DNA from: Gemmatimonadaceae bacterium
GTDB lineage: Bacteria; Gemmatimonadota; Gemmatimonadetes; Gemmatimonadales; Gemmatimonadaceae
DNA: 64,000 nucleotides
Reading direction: 5' to 3'
Assembly: GCA_052386875.1 (NCBI GenBank)
Contig: JBQTJS010000050.1
Span: 1,032-65,031 of the forward strand
Shown here: positions 63,911-64,000 of the stretch, piece by piece
How positions within the stretch are numbered: position 1 is the first letter of the stretch
Layout: each line of letters starts with the position of its first letter
Made by a program: the position numbers and the translations under genes
The notes under the pieces: generated by a model
The model's input: the letters and a program-made list of their open reading frames with translations, nothing else
Told to the model about the DNA's origin: nothing
Database searches by the model: none

Positions 63911-64000
63911 ATGCGCGCATCCGAGTTACGGTCGGCGTTTTTGGAGTTCTTCGCGCGGCGGGGGCACGCCGTCCTGGCGAGTTCCTCGCTCGTCCCCGTG
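63911..64000 (+). CDS. alaS: Alanine--tRNA ligase, 5' end only (runs off the window)
   Basis: MRASELRSAFLEFFARRGHAVLASSSLVPV matches the conserved AlaRS N-terminus. Confidence 0.85.
   Translation, partial: MRASELRSAFLEFFARRGHAVLASSSLVPV

Overview
A 64-kb, high-GC (roughly two-thirds G+C by eye) chromosomal segment from a diderm bacterium. The Tol-Pal cluster, BamD, an LptD-like barrel and Tat components support the diderm call. The phylum cannot be proven from the sequence; the protein set looks like a Gemmatimonadota- or Acidobacteriota-like soil lineage, and that is only a guess. The window is almost fully coding. I support 58 CDS, 49 of them on the + strand. The content is mostly housekeeping:
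- a caa3-type cytochrome oxidase (coxB plus a fused subunit I/III)
- a nucleotide-sugar and glycosyltransferase set
- bamD-nadD-secA, radC, relA/spoT, uvrB, tsaE-tsaB-rimI and ssb
- a complete tolQ-tolR-tolA-tolB-pal-cpoB cluster, then tatC and an LptD-like barrel
- hutH-hutU, with hutI about 5 kb downstream
- two large TPR proteins, a polyprenyl synthase, tatA, a PpiD-like gene, aroQ and pepP
- accB-pilT-accC, comB, ftsK, a truncated haemoglobin, yraN, recA-recX and the start of alaS

Accessory content is limited to two type II toxin-antitoxin pairs (VapBC and RES-Xre) and a roughly 5-kb block inserted in the hut operon. That block holds a SPASM radical-SAM gene, a LysR regulator, a Tat-exported dioxygenase-like protein, a beta-barrel, a lipoprotein and a zf-HC2 protein. 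I found no rRNA, tRNA, CRISPR array, IS element or prophage.

The most unusual signal is not a gene. A dispersed word with core GTTAGG/CCTAAC and full form CGTTAGGC/GCCTAACG occurs about 111 times by hand count, roughly 5-fold (hexamer) to more than 20-fold (octamer) above my base-composition estimate. It is written through conserved genes in all reading frames at the cost of rare codons. It is embedded in 10 stop codons and forms an inverted-pair hairpin between ftsK and glbN. This resembles a DNA-uptake-sequence-like or other genome-wide recognition word, and I cannot match it to any described signal. All counts are hand counts and all expectations are rough estimates, so they need recomputing.
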